The notes under the pieces: model-generated | What the model saw: the letters and a program-made list of their open reading frames with translations, nothing else | What the model was told of the DNA's origin: nothing | Database searches by the model: none | Translations under genes and position numbers: made by a program | Shown: piece after piece, positions 39,745 to 54,446 of the stretch | Position numbering within the stretch: the first letter of the stretch is position 1 | Layout of the letters: each line of letters opens with the position of its first letter | Assembly (NCBI GenBank): GCA_951406725.2 | Contig: OX597826.1 | Span: forward strand, 67,084,001 to 67,148,000 | Length of the DNA: 64,000 nt | Reading direction: 5' to 3' | DNA from: Octopus vulgaris | Lineage: Eukaryota

Positions 39745-40523
39745 ACGGCCAACTTCTGGGAGCTTTGTAGTGATTGAAAGCTGTGTAGTAGTCAGTGACC
39801 AGTGTCCCTGTCCACGCCTGAAGATGTGCGCTGAAAATTTTCCGAAAGACATTACTACTTACGCACTACACAAAACACCACATGAATGATAAATAAGAGC
39901 AGCTAAAATGAAGAGACGTTTGAAAGTATGAGCAAACCCTATACTGAAATAAATATGCGATATATTTTTACATTCCTCGGGAACGATCGCTTTTCTGTGT
40001 GTCAGAGGCTCATAAAATTATAGAAATTTGCTGCTTCGTAGATCGTCTATAAAGCATAACGCATCCATTATTTTACGAACGCGGGGTTGCTAAAACACAT
40101 TCTTGTCTCGAAAAGGCAACATAATATATTAGATAGCTGTTTCGATCCGAAGCTAGGTTATGTTTTGACATGCCTCTCCCTTTTGGCTGTATTTATATAT
40201 CATCTTTTCATTTCCTTCTATTTTCGTCAGATACACATTCTTGCCATGCCTTTATATAAGTTTAAATTATATACGCCTAACATTTATAGTGAAAAGCAAC
40301 GCGTTTTTAGAAGTGATGAGATGCCTATTCAAAAGGAAAATATATATTATCTTCATATTTTGCTGCCAGTTTTGGTTGCGGTTTATTCATTTATATCTTC
40401 TGCAATGTGGCAGTTTGGAAGTAAAGCAGTATCTGGTTCCACATACATAATGCGTTCGATTCGCGTACTAGGTCTCTTTAATTATGGTTTATATGTTGAA
40501 GCATAGTTATTCAGCAGTATAAA

Positions 40524-40860
40524 GAGTAAAGATCCCCTTCCGTTATGAATGACCATGGATTGCACCTAGAAAGTACTGCTCCCAGGCACAAGGCCGAGCA
40601 AGGTTGTTTAAGGAAGCTCAGCAGTCTCCCATGCATACCAGCCTTCCTTCTCCACGCCTCCGATGTTATCCAAAGGATAAGCAAAGGCTGATACAGCTTG
40701 GCACCTGTGACACCGCAAATCATTTTTAGAGCTGAATGAACAGGAGCAACGTAAAAAATAAAGTGTCGGGCTCAAGATCACCACACACAGCCCGGTCCGG
40801 GAACCGAACTTACAACCTCATTACTGTGAACCCGACGCACTAATTACTGAGCCATGTACC
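40524..40860 (-). mobile_element. SINE related to family D (CORE-like) with a different tail
   Basis: Minus strand TGGCTCAGT..GTTCGGTTCCCGGACCGGGC..CTTGAGC..ACACTTTATTT..CGTTGCTCC.GTTCATTCAGCT. Confidence 0.8.
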
Positions 40861-41021
40861 TTCACATGTTGCAGAATAGCACAGTATGTATGTATGTATG
40901 TATGTATTTATGTATGTATGTATGTATGTATGTATGTATGTATGTATGTATGTATGTATGTATGTATGCATGCATGTATGTATGTATGTATGTATGTATA
41001 TATATATATATGCATATTCAT

Positions 41022-41077
<56 letters not shown>

Positions 41078-41265
41078 CTTTTTTGGATTTGGTTTGCAAG
41101 ATTCTTTATATGAGTTCGTGTGTTGAAGCATATTCTGTTGTGTCTGGGGAGAGTCATTTCCTTTTTGTGCCTTATAATTTAACACACTCACCGGTAAAAT
41201 TTCCACTTATTTCTTATTTTTATTTTCCTAAAAAGACTCTCCTCAGACACAACAGTATATATATA

Positions 41266-41389
<124 letters not shown>

Positions 41390-41589
41390 TACATATGCAT
41401 ACAACTGCGTCATTAAAGTCTAGTATTATTTACGCACAGCTAATGAGATGAATCCCTAAACTTCGGAATCTAACCTTATGTCCCGGAGTAAGGTAATATA
41501 TGCGTATCTGCATTGTGTCATATATCTAAAATTCTTCGTTCCTTTTCAATATACATATATATGCATATTCATATACATACACACACACA

Positions 41590-41658
<69 letters not shown>

Positions 41659-43028
41659 CTTTTTGGGATTTGGTTTGCAAGATTCTTTATATGAGTTCGT
41701 CTGTTATAACACGTTGCTGTTATGTCAAATTTTTAATTATGTATTAAAAAACATTTATTGAAAAGTACTGTGTTTTTAGATGAGTCGTGATGTACACTGC
41801 GAAGTATATGAATTGTTATTGCTCTTCGCTCATTCTGTATTTACATATTTTTGTGTATAGTATATATAGACTACAGAAATTCACACTCGTGTCTATGGAA
41901 AATTCACCTAAAACGTGAACAGTTAAGATTTAATGCGTGTGTGTACATATATAAGTAAATATGCATATGCGTAGGCCCACATATCTACACGCAGTCGCAT
42001 CTATGAACATAACATACACCAGACAATGAGAGGCTCCTTTTCACAGTCGCTCGATCTGTTGTAAATAGCAAAGCAATGGAGTTGAAGGTGAAGACAGGAG
42101 AACTAAGGCAAAAAGAATAGAAAAAAAGAGGAATGAATGGGAATCGAAAGGAAAGAAGAAATTGAAGAAGAAGGAGGTGAAGGAGAAAAAATAGGAAAAA
42201 AAGGAAGAAGAATAAGTAAATGAAATAACACAGATGTTTAGTACCGTCTCTCATTTTCTCCCTCTCCTTCAACCACATCATAATAACTTCTACGGAATTG
42301 GTTTATGTACAGAAATTCCAAATTGCATGGATAAAACCCCACTTGAAGAACACTGTCAGTTGTAAGCATCTTGGCAATATATTTTTTCTTCTTTCTTTCT
42401 TTTCTTTTTCTTTTACCATTTTCCCACCCCCCACAGGGAATTCTTCTATGTATTTCTTCTGAAAGATATTGACTGATTCCTTGATCTAGATTCACAAACG
42501 GCTTTACCAAAATCTACCAGAAGAATCAGCACATTCCACAACCAGCCACATACCCAACCGCACAACCGACTGACCAACGCAGAGCATTATTATATAACAG
42601 CCCACCCCGTGTGCACTCCTTAATACTTAGCCGTCTTATTTTACGTTCTACTGCTTGTCTGTCTGTGACGTCTGGCTGTCTGGTTAGACGGATGGACGGA
42701 GGGTTAGAACGAAAGATGTAGTAATGAAGGTTAGTTGTCTTTTCCCCCGTTTTCTCTCCTTTCTATATTGCTCTCTTACCCTTTTTTCCTTCTTTATTTT
42801 TTGCTTACCATACACACTCACACATATCTATATAATGTAATAAATTATATTGTAATGTATTATATATATATGTATATATATTTACGTTTATATGTGTGCA
42901 TACATACACACATATATATACATATATATATATACATGCATACATGCACACATATATATACATATATATACATACATGTATACATACATATATATATATA
43001 TATATAAATATATTTATATATATATACT

Positions 43029-43129
<101 letters not shown>

Positions 43130-43250
43130 ATTTGTTATGTATATATATTATATATAGCTATAAATAGATACAGATACATACATACACACACACAGACGAG
43201 CGCACACACACACAAAAAGATAGAGAAAGAGATAAGGAGAATGACAGTGA

Positions 43251-43285
<35 letters not shown>

Positions 43286-43779
43286 ACTTAGGTATCTACT
43301 TAGAATGGTATATTCGCGCACATTAAACAATACACACTCATCCAAACACACACATAAATATCGTTTCTAGCGTTTCTTTCCTTCCTTCCTTCCTTCTTTC
43401 TTCCATTTCTTTCCTTCTCTCTTTTCTTCTCTCGTTCTCTTTTCTTTTTTTTTTGGTTAAATCTTTCTTGCACACTTCCATCTCTCTCTTTCTTCCTTTC
43501 TGTTTATATTTCAAGAAATACTTTTCGAAAAACCAAACTCTGTTGTAGCAAGACATTAATATTCCACGTCTGTCTGTGTGTCGACACTATCCTCATCTTA
43601 TTGATTTATCAATCCTCCGTTCCCCTCCAACACCCCCGCCCCGCCACCTCATCCCCCCCACCCGCCGCATCACTCCTCACTACTTATCCTGCGAAATCGG
43701 ACGTAAGAGTAGACATACCGTAGGGAAATTGGGAACCATTACAATTAGTACAACATTTAGATTCCCTATACAAATGTTG

Positions 43780-44785
43780 GAGATGGTGATGGAGGTGGTG
43801 GAGGTGGTTGTAATAGTTATAGCGAAGGTGGTGGTGGTGGTGGTAGTTGTAATAGTCATAGCGTAGGTGGTGGTGGTAGTGGTGATGGTAGCGAAAGTAG
43901 TGAAGGCGGTGATGGTGCAGACGAGATAATGGTGACAGCATTAGTTTTGCGGTGACTGTGGAGGAGAAGACCAGATGATGGTGATGCTGATGGTGATGAT
44001 GCTGGCACTAGTGTAGATGGTAATAATGGTACGAATAGCTACAATGCTGGTGGTGGTGGTGGTAATGGTAACAGTGGTCAGACTCATGGTAGTGGGTGGG
44101 ATGAATGGACTGGAGGTGGCAGAGACCATGGTGGTGAAAAAAACGATGTAAGTTCATGGTGATGGTTATGATGGTGGTATTGAAGTGGTGATAAGGCGGC
44201 GAGCTGGCAGAATCGTCAGCACGCCGGGCGAAATGCGTAGCCGAATTTCGTCTGCTGTTACCTTCTGAGTTCAAATTCCGCCGAGGTCGACTTTGCCTTT
44301 CATCCTTTCGGGGTCGGTTAAATAAGTACCAGTTACGCACTGGGGTCGATATAATCGACTTAATCCGTGTGTCTGTCCTTGTTCGTCCCCTCTGTGTTTA
44401 GCCCCTTGAGGGTAGTAAAGAAATAGGTATTGAAGTGGTGAAGACGGTGGTGGTGGGGGAGGATGCTGCATTAGTGGTGATGCGGATGGTGATGAGGATA
44501 GTGCTGATAAAGATTGTTGTGGCAGCGGTTGTGGTGGCAGTGGTTGAGTCGATGGTGTAGATGGTATAGTGGTGATGGTTGATGGCGGTGTTGTTGGTGG
44601 TGCTGTCGGTGTGGGTGATCATGATGATTGTCATGGTTAAAATGGGTGATGACGATGGTGATGATAATGATAACGGTGGTGGGGGTTGATGGATGTGACG
44701 TGATGATGAAGGTGGTGGCGGCGGTGGTGATGACGATGACGAGGATTATGATGATGAAGATGATGAGGATGATGATGTTAATGTT
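43780..44785. repeat. Degenerate (GGT/GAT)n trinucleotide field
   Basis: Direct reading. Confidence 0.9.
44192..44425 (+). mobile_element. SINE family B monomer
   Basis: Perfect 16-bp TSD GGTATTGAAGTGGTGA at 44176-44191 and 44426-44441. Confidence 0.95.
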
Positions 44786-44996
44786 GGGTTAAAGGCCCAC
44801 TATGGAAAGTAGGCTTGTGAATCAAGTAGAATACCTAAATAGAAATCTTGAAAAGGTAAATGATGTCAATGAAAAAATGATGAAGGAAAGACATGAATGA
44901 GCTTCAAAGAAAGTATAAGACCAAACAGAGAGGGTTTCACCTTCCTAAAGAGCAGATCAGACATAAAATTATGGCGAACCAAATTCTAATATTCGC

Positions 44997-45330
44997 TTCA
45001 AATTTTGGCACAAGACCAGCAATTTCGGGGAAGAGAGTAAGTCGATTACATCGATTACCAGTGCTCAACTGACGATTATTTTATCGATCTCCGGAATGAT
45101 GAACGGCAAAGTCAACCTAAGCAGAATTTGAACTCAGAACGTAGAGGCAGACGAAATGCTGCTAAGCATTTTGCCTATTGTGCTAACGATTCTTAATTTT
45201 TTATTATCCATAAGGACATATATAGAAACGACAGCACAATGAAATCGAATGATTTTACATGAAATGCGACAGGGGTCCTTTTAAGAATTCTAAATACATT
45301 ATTAACGATTCTGCCAGTTCGCTGTCTTAA
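44997..45330 (-). mobile_element. Degenerate SINE family B, interrupted
   Basis: Body 44997-45192, head remnant 45304-45330. Confidence 0.75.
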
Positions 45331-45339
45331 GGTAAACTC

Positions 45340-47520
45340 TAATACTGGAACAAGATACCAACAAAAAATGAACCAATATCATCAGAAACAAAGAAAAGAA
45401 ATTTTGCCAGCAATTGAACAATGAGAACGAACTGCAGGAGAAAGCTGTACAAATTTTTGAATGAACAACGGACATTTGTTCGAATATATGGAGCAGAGGG
45501 ATTCAGCATATCAGTGAAGTTGACCGGTTACGTGGGTTTAAAAGTAAAATGGAAATCGTCTAAGGCAGAAGAGCATGAATATTAGAGAATAGGAAGTGAA
45601 CAAAGATGCTTAAAAATTAACAAATTAGAAAGATCCTGAACTCGATGGACTCTGATTCAAATTTCCCCCAAGCATATAGAGAAAATGGAAGACCATTACG
45701 CATAACAAATAGAAGGGCTGCTTGACAGAAGGACAAAGAAAAGGGAGAAAAAGTGAGTAATTATAAGTAAATTGTGTGCTTACCTTTGCCTTGGAAATTA
45801 CGAAACAGCCTCATGTTAGATGAATTATATAACTTCCTGGAGAATGAGAATCTATAACCAGAAGATCATGAAGAAGTCAAGGAGAACTGTTGAGGTGTTG
45901 TGTGTCGAGAGCGTAAGTGATGTAAGTGAAGTACGTAAAAGAAAGGACTTAGCTACTTGCTGGTTAGACTGAACGATAGCATACGATAATGTAACAGATT
46001 CTTGGCTTTTAGAGAGCTTAAGGTTCGAAGAAACAATAAAATTAGAAACATAATTTTAAGAAAAAGTGACTAGATTATGGGCAGTAAAATTAAAGCATAT
46101 AATTAAATCTTAAGGAAGTGTGAAAATACAAAATATGGTATTTGTTGGCGACTTGCTCTCTCCGTTACATTTCCTGATTGCATTAATTCTTCCTATTAGC
46201 ATACTGATAAAAATCGAGACTTAACAATGAGGTTGATAAAAATAAAGGGACAAAAAAAAATCATCCACTCTATATCTTTGACTTAAAGCTATACACCAAA
46301 GATGAAACATATTTAGATCTCTTTGTTGAAGAAGAAATGATCTGGGTATATAGATGGGGTGAATAGGTCTGCAGTTTTAATTAGGGATATAGTCCGAATT
46401 ATTTAATCTGATGGTATAAGTAAACCACGAGATGATATCATTAGATGACCGAAACAGAATGGAAGTTGCATATACTTAGGGTTGCTGCAGTCATATAATA
46501 ATGGAAAGAGAAATGACAAAGTCTCCGAAAAGGACAAGAGAAGGATTTGGAAGCTGCTCAAAATCAAACCAAATGGAAGTAATGTAAAGGTTATCGAAAG
46601 GTGGGCCATATCTGTGCTGCGTTTCTCTGATCCTTTTGAAAAATGGACAGGAAATGGAAAGAATTAGGAAGCTGTTCACAATACATAATGCACGGGAAAC
46701 TTAATATAATACCAACAGGATCTACTTGCCGAGAAGTAAAGGAAGCAGAGTTTTTTCTTTTTTGCAGATGACATCATCAATGCTACATTAGATTTCAAAA
46801 ACTATGTTATGCATAATCAACGAAAATATCTGCGGCTAGAAATATCGAAATTATTGAAACAGTGCGATGAATTCAACAAGGAATAGAAAGTTGAACAACA
46901 AAGAAAACAGCGGACAAGGGAATTACGCAACCAATTCATTTAACAGGCCAAGGATACTGGACGTACAAATCACTGGTTGTGACTGACAGATGAAAACTGG
47001 AAACAAGAAACTGAATCTCTGTTTGTAGCCGCTCAGAAACAAACCATTAAAATGAATTCAACAAAGAGGAAGATTAACAAAGCTTAGTCAGAGAGCAAAG
47101 GCAGGATGCGTGGAAAATGGGATGAAAGTATTAATTAACCATCTAAGTGAGTGCAGTAATATAGCAACAAAGAATGTAAACCATATAGACTGTGTCGGTA
47201 AAAGAATGCCTTGAGATGCTAGCCAAGTTTGTGCATTCGATGTGATGGAAAAATATCATAAACACGAGCTTGCGATGATGAATAATTATTACAGGATTGT
47301 ATGGGATTTCTCCAAAGTGACTGATCGTCCTTCTGAAGCTAGGAGGCCAGATATGATCATTGGCGATAGGAAAAACAGGTTATAGATTTTCCAATACCAC
47401 ACGATTGTAGGTGGCCACTAAAGAAATTGGAACACAAACGTACTTGTAGTAATCGGTGCATTTGACACAACACCCAAAGAATCGGGACACATTGTCGTTC
47501 TACAGAAAAATGCCAACATG
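45340..47520 (+). mobile_element. Heavily decayed R4/Dong-clade LINE (RT, CCHC region, restriction-like endonuclease)
   Basis: DLATCWLD*TIAYDNV, GDLLSPLHFLIAL, DLKLYTKDE, ERWAISVLRFS, RIYLPRSKG, KQETESLFVAAQ, RIVWDF, RRPDMII, VVIGAFDT in correct order; 5' extent uncertain. Confidence 0.88.
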
Positions 47521-49149
47521 GACGTGTTTAAATGAGTAGTATACTAATTCTACCCTACAAAATTAGGAACTAGCCCTCTCACGAGCATCTACTCAACTTC
47601 GAAATGGCACACTCAATATTCGGTCGATTCTAAGCTGTGAAAGGAGACACTTCTTACGTGTTGCGGAGTTGAACTTGAAGACATCAAGTCGTAAAGCATA
47701 CTTCTGTCATGTTTATATTCATGACCATGTGACGGGTGAAACATAGCGTGATGTAACAAAATTGAATACGACAAAGTGGCATCGAATTTGCAAGAAGAAA
47801 TTTTAACAAGCTACAGAAGGTATTGACGCTACTAAGATCTCAAGAAAGTGAAACTAATTCTTATTTTTATGTCTTTCTGGTTTTGATACGGTAAACAAAT
47901 ATATACGGTTTACAATATCGAATACAACAAGGAGTGATCAGATCATAGCCAAACAAAAAGAGAAGACATAAAGAAATGTAATGGAACTAATTTAAAATAA
48001 AAGCCACACTATACTATAATATATCAACTATGACCTACCATACAAAACAACAAAATTTACAATACATGTTTATTAGGAATGTGCGGTAGCGTGAGCGAAA
48101 TACAATCACACTTCGCAGCACAAGGACCACGGCTGCTACAAGCGGTGTTCTTTCAAAATGTTCAGCTTCAATGGAAAGGCCAGGCATTTTATTTCCAGCA
48201 CCCATTAAAGTAAAGCAAAAACATACAAGAGCTTGGTGAACAAAAGAACAGAATGCCTAGAAGTGCTATGAGCACAATATTTAGCTATTCTATATCCAAT
48301 GGCCACCAGCACCATGAAAGGATATGAACGTATTCTAAAGGAGAAAAGAACGAGGCTGTAACACAAAAACTAAGAACCCCAGAGTGTATAAACACAGCGA
48401 GTCCCAATACGTGTTTACCTCTTAAAAATATAAACTACACAACAGATATTCTACGCAAGCATCTCGCAATTATGTAGAAGAAACACAACATGTATTGACA
48501 TTATTTCCAACACCTCACTCCCATTTGTATACTGCAAGTAACACAGGGCATATTCTACACAATCAACTCCTTAGGCGTAACATAACATGCGCAGTACACC
48601 CACTCATCTATACAGATGAACGCATATGTACGTATATGTGTGGCTGTGTGTGTGAGACATTATAAACTCGAAACGATTCGTATTGTCTCCTTGAGATTGT
48701 ATTATATATTTTAATATATTTTACACATACTTACGCTATATGTTGTATTATATTATATATTTTAATATATATATATATATTATATATATGTCATATATTT
48801 TAATATATTTTACACATACTTACACGTTCATATACATGTATACGCACATGCATACATATATACACAAACGACTTGTAATATATGCTAGAGATTGCATTAA
48901 GTATTTCACACGTACACACACACACACATGCGTACACAGAAACATTTATACACGCTCACGCAAAACAAAATAATATGCCACAAGAATGGAAGCCAGGCGG
49001 AGTAGATTGCTTTCAAGGTCAACGCTGCTTCCTCGTTACATGCCTCTCCCCACTCCTCTCCTTTGATTTTATATTCTAATTCTATAAATATGTTTATACG
49101 TTGCGAGCTGCTTTTTAATTAGCTGAGCTGTATATTTGAAATGTCAGGT

Positions 49150-50150
49150 ATTTTTGAAATAATCTTAGTTGTTTGATAAATTGTAACGTGTTTGAAACGT
49201 TGAAATATGCTTGATAATTTAGGTGTTGTAAGATGTTTGAGGTGTTGTAATATATGTCTCTAATGATGTGCTGTATGTTTGATGTGTTGCAATGCATGCT
49301 TTAAATGTTGTGAGATATCACATATATCTTGATGTCTGTTTCGTATATTAACACGTAAATTTAATATGTTGTTATGTATATTTACTAAGTTGTGGCTAAA
49401 TTGATATATTTTTTTTTCTGCTTTAGGCACAAGGCCCATAATTTTGGGGGAGGGGCAAGTCGATTAGATTGACTCCAGTACGCAACTGGTATTTAATTTA
49501 TCGACTCCGAAAGGATGAAAGGCAAAGTCGACCACGGCAGAATTTGTACTCAGAACATAAAGACAGGAGAAATATCGCTAAGCATTTCACCCGGCGTACT
49601 AACGTTTCTTATTTCTTTATTGCCCACAAGGAGCTATATACTGAGGGGACAAGCAAAGACAAACAAACGGATTAAGCCAAGGTCGACTTTGCCTTTCATC
49701 CTTTCGGGCTCGATAAATTAAGTACCAGTTACGCACTGGGGTTGACATAATCGACTTAATCCGTTTGTCTGTCCTTGTTTGTCCCCTCGGTCTGTGGGTA
49801 GTAAAGAAATAAGAAATGTTAGCATACCGGGTAAATTGCTTAGCGGTATATCGTCTGTCTTTGCGTTCTGAGTTCAACTTCCGCCGAGGTCGACCTTGCC
49901 TTACTTGCTTTCGGGGTCGATAAATGAAGTACCAGTTGCGTAATTGACTGGCCCCTCCCACAAAATTTCGGGTCTTGTGCCTAGAGTATAGAGGAAAAGA
50001 ATATATGTTCGCTATATTGTGATATAGATCCGATGTATTATGGTATACGTTCGATGTGTTGTGGTGTATATTCGATATGTTCTGATGTATGTCCGATAAC
50101 TTGTGAAGTATGTTTGATATGCTATAAATGTTCAATATGTGGTGTATGAA
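49150..50150. repeat. Old ~21-bp minisatellite interrupted by the inverted SINE pair
   Basis: GTTCGATGTGTTGTGGTGTAT-like units at 50007-50147 and more degenerate ones at 49150-49320. Confidence 0.65.
49423..49990. mobile_element. Inverted pair of 5'-truncated SINE family B multimers
   Basis: Minus copy 49423-49676 abuts plus copy 49677-49990. Confidence 0.9.
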
Positions 50151-50307
50151 TAATATTTTGAGAGTTCTTCGATTTATTATTCTTCTGACGACGGGATGTC
50201 AGAAGCAGCAGAAAATCGGGGAAAATGCTATGACATATGAACTCCGGCTCATTACGGTTTTGTGTTCAATTCATTTGAAGTTAAGAAATCCTCTTTACAA
50301 TAACGGA

Positions 50308-51330
50308 GATGCGGTTTCAATTCCACTGCGTGACATTTTAAGCAAGGGTCTTCAAATATAGGCATATACAGGCGAATGCCATGAGAGTTAAGTTGACGAA
50401 AACTGTGTAGAAGCCCGTGGCATATCTATTGTGTGTGTGTGTGTGGTTGTGTGTATACAGGCGCAGGCGTGGGTGTGATCACACTTATAAAATCAGGCGT
50501 GGCTGTGTGCTAAGAAGCTTGCTTCCCAACCACATGGTTCCTGGTTCAGTCCTACTGCATGGTACCTCGGGCAGGTCTCTTCTACTATATCCTCGGGCCG
50601 ATTAAAGCTTTGTGAGAGGATTAGCTAGACGGAAACTAAAAGAAGCTTGCCCCCCCCACACACATACATACAAACATATATGATCAGATCACCAACGATT
50701 CAACTCTCAACTTATGTACACATACACACATGTCGCTTTACAACCGGTGTTGGTTTGTTTACGTCTCCGCAACAACATATAGCGTAACAACAACAACAAC
50801 ATATAGCGTAATGATTTAAGAGTAAGTACTGGGGGGACAATTGTTCAATTAAACCCTTCAAGGTAATGCCCGAACATAGCCGCAATCTAACAGCTGCACC
50901 TTCTATGAAAGTTAAACAGATATAGGCGTAGGAGTAATTGTGTGGTAAGTATACCAACCACATGGTTTCGGGTTCATTCCCACTGCGTGGAACCTTGGAC
51001 AAGTGTCTCCTACTATAGTATCGGGCCGACCAAAGCCTTGTGAGTGGATTTGGTAGACGGAAACTGAAAGAAGTCCGTCGTATATATATATATATATATA
51101 TATATATGCGTGTGTGTGTGTGTGTATGTTTGTATGTCTGTGTTTGTCTCCCCAACATCGCTTGACAACCGATGGTGGTGTGTTTACGTCCCCGTAACTT
51201 AGCGGTTCGGCAAAAGGGTCCTATAGAATAAGTACTAGGCTTTCAAAGAATAAGTCCTGGGGGTTCATTTGGTCGACTAAAGGCGGTGCTCCGGCATGGC
51301 CGCAGTCAAATAACAGAAACAAGGAAAAGA
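50308..51330 (+). mobile_element. Cluster of SINE family A copies (50308-50420, 50495-50905, 50926-51330)
   Basis: Repeated family A head, core and tail in the same orientation. Confidence 0.88.
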
Positions 51331-51882
51331 AAAAACAGAAAGAGATAAGAGATACAAGATACGGAGCTCACATCGGAAAAGAATATCAATGGGTTTGTTT
51401 TTAGATTGATCGCCCGGTTCAAACAATTGAAAAGTGGTTTAGTCATTGATGAAATCGGTGTGAAACAAAATTAAGGATGAGATGGATATAGAAACAAAAT
51501 CGGTTGAGAATTTCGATGTAAGGGGTGGACATTCTTTGGTATTTACAGCATCGGATTTAAAATACAATTACACCACATGATTGCGAAAGACATCAATGGC
51601 GGTAGATCGAGATTGTTACACACAAACACACACACGCACGCAGGTACGTACACACGCAGGTACGTACACATTCGCGCACTATAGCTCCATTTCCACACAC
51701 ATATAAACCCACAAAACCACCTGCTTACCCACAAACATCCGCCCACGTTACCATTACATTCTCCACACTTCAAACAGTTTCACCGACTCTTTCCACTCCA
51801 TTTATCTCTTTACCTTCATCTTCTCCATTATCCTCACTTCTTCCTTCCTTTCCTTTTTTCATTTCCTTCCTTCCTTCCTTTA

Positions 51883-51932
<50 letters not shown>

Positions 51933-52024
51933 ATGCTTATTTGTTTATTTGTTTCTTGTTTTCTTTTTATATACATGTTCCTACTTTTCCTGTTCACTCA
52001 TTCATGTCTCCCTCTTTCACTCAC

Positions 52025-52155
<131 letters not shown>

Positions 52156-52191
52156 GTCTGTCTGTCTTTCTATCTATCTATCTATCTATCC

Positions 52192-52249
<58 letters not shown>

Positions 52250-52298
52250 ATATCTATCTATCTATATATCTGTGTGTGTGTGTCTGTCTGTCTGTCTT

Positions 52299-52362
<64 letters not shown>

Positions 52363-52929
52363 CCTATCTATCTATCAACTTATCAGTCTGTTTGTCTGTC
52401 TATTTATCTATCTCTCTCTCTTTCTCTTTCTCCCTCTCTATTTATCTATCTATACACATTTCTCTATTTCTCTATTCTCTATTAACCCTTATAAAGTAAC
52501 GCTGATTCCGTTAATACATCCCTATTTCTTCCCTTCTCTCAGTAAATGCTGTGGTGTATAACCCCCGTTTGCATAACACTGTTCTGATTCTATTCTTGTA
52601 CTCGCTGTAGATCTTAATGCGTTTGTTATCGTTCTTGTCATCAGGGTTATTATAATCGCCATTACTAATATTATGGTAAACTTCGTTCTTTTCGATTAGT
52701 ATCTAAGTAATCCCATATTGATTAAACCTATATAAAAAGGGGGTGATCTGATTTGACTGTTGTATCCAACATTTGGAGAGAGCACTTAGGGGTAGTCCTC
52801 ATCCACATTGGCTCGTTTGTATAAAACTCTCATTCTTGTTGTTATTTTGACCTAGGTCAACATTTATGGAACTGAACTGTGAGTCACCTAAGGAAACTTA
52901 CAGAATCCACCCATATTTTGCATCGATCG

Positions 52930-53960
52930 CTTCATATCAAGTAGCAAATGACGACGTGTGATGATGGAATTCTCTCCAATACATTTTTCGTCAACTCTGG
53001 GGTGCACCAAGATCCAGTTTTATTTCACATGTCTGTCTTTCAATATTTCACAAACCTGAAACGTATCACCCTTAACAAAGCTCTCTCCTACCCAGAAGAA
53101 GCGAAATCTTCATTCTGCCCTAGCCCAAATGTTATAATACTCGCTGTGCACCCCAATACACAACACACAAAATCTGTATCGACGTCATGGATGAAAACCT
53201 CGACAGCATCCTCCAATATGCCAGTAATCACTTCTCATATGAATATGTCAAACACAAGAACGGCCACGAACTCTTTAAATGAACGCTGTCATTCTCACTG
53301 ACGATCGTTCTTGGTAAGCACACAACTTTAACAGCAGTGGCTTTATCAAAAACACTGAGCCTCTACACCATAACCAGAAAACAGTCCAGGCCACCGTCAT
53401 ACTTGCTATATCTCTACAAATACTATCACTCTCAAGTGATGCCCACAAAGGTGTGTTGCTTCTATATTTGTAACGGTGCTCTCAGTTACGCATACACACA
53501 CACACAACAACACACACACATACACACAAAAACACGGACACTGGAGTCCTAGACGACATCCAGAATAAAATCACTCGCCTCTTAGGCTTGAAATCTCATA
53601 CACTCTTCGTTTTTTTTCCATACAGACGTGTTCCCTCTTCCCTTTCTGTCTATTCTACAGTTCAGGGCTGAATACATCGTGTTACTTCATTTCAGACACA
53701 TACGACGTGCTCGGTTCTTCCTACCATGACACCCACAAATCTCTGCACAGATTATCATGCCCCGAACTCCATCCCACCACCGTCAGAATATTAACCGTTT
53801 AAAACACTTTGCTGCACATATTTCCCGTTCATCTTACAAAAGCTAACGACGTCTATTCACACGGATGCCGCCGGGACAGCCGAAGGTTATTGGCACTACT
53901 CCTTTCTAATTGAGCCATCTTATAAAGCACTGCATTTTCGCTGTGACAATCCCCTCCTTT
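52930..53960 (+). mobile_element. Decayed L2/CR1/Jockey-group LINE 3' part
   Basis: FFVNSGVHQDPVLF (GVPQGS motif), YLLYLYKY..QVMPTKVCCFYICNGA, DDIQNKITRLLG. Confidence 0.7.
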
Positions 53961-54039
53961 AAAAGTTATTTGGCATTATATTATCTGTGTTTTCGATATT
54001 AAAAACAAAAAATAATCCGCTGTAAACTGAAGGCGATTT

Positions 54040-54446
54040 AAGGCAGCGAGCTGGCAGAAACGTTAGCACGCCGGCTGAAATGCCTAGCGGTATTTCGTCT
54101 GTCTTTACGTTCTGAGTTCAAATACCGCTGAGGTCGACTTTGCCTTTCACCTTTTCGGGGTCGATTAAATAAGTACCAGTTACGCACTGGGGTCGATATA
54201 ATCGACTTAATCCATTTGTCTGTCCTTCTTTTCCTCCTCTGTGTTTAGCCCCTTGTGGGTAGTAAAGAAATACGTATTTCGTTTGTCTTTACGTTCTGAG
54301 TTCAAATTCCGCCGAGGTCGACTTTGCCTTTCATCCTTTCGGAGTCGATAAATTAAGTACCAGTTGCGTACTCGGGTCGATCTAATCGACTGCCCCTTCC
54401 CCCAAAATTTCGTGCCTTGTGCCTAGAGTAGAAAAAAAAAAAAAGA
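54040..54446 (+). mobile_element. SINE family B dimer with alternative 3' tail
   Basis: TSD AAACTGAAGG(C/A)GATTT at 54024-54039 and 54447-54462. Confidence 0.93.

Noticed and set aside
40087-40506. 139-aa hydrophobic ORF
   Set aside because: TTG start, AT-rich, no recognisable motif or splice support
48100-48150. HFAAQGPRLL, similar to a CR1 3' motif
   Set aside because: Too short and isolated to call
49617-50135. 172-aa ORF with heptad repeats
   Set aside because: 21-bp minisatellite read into an antisense SINE
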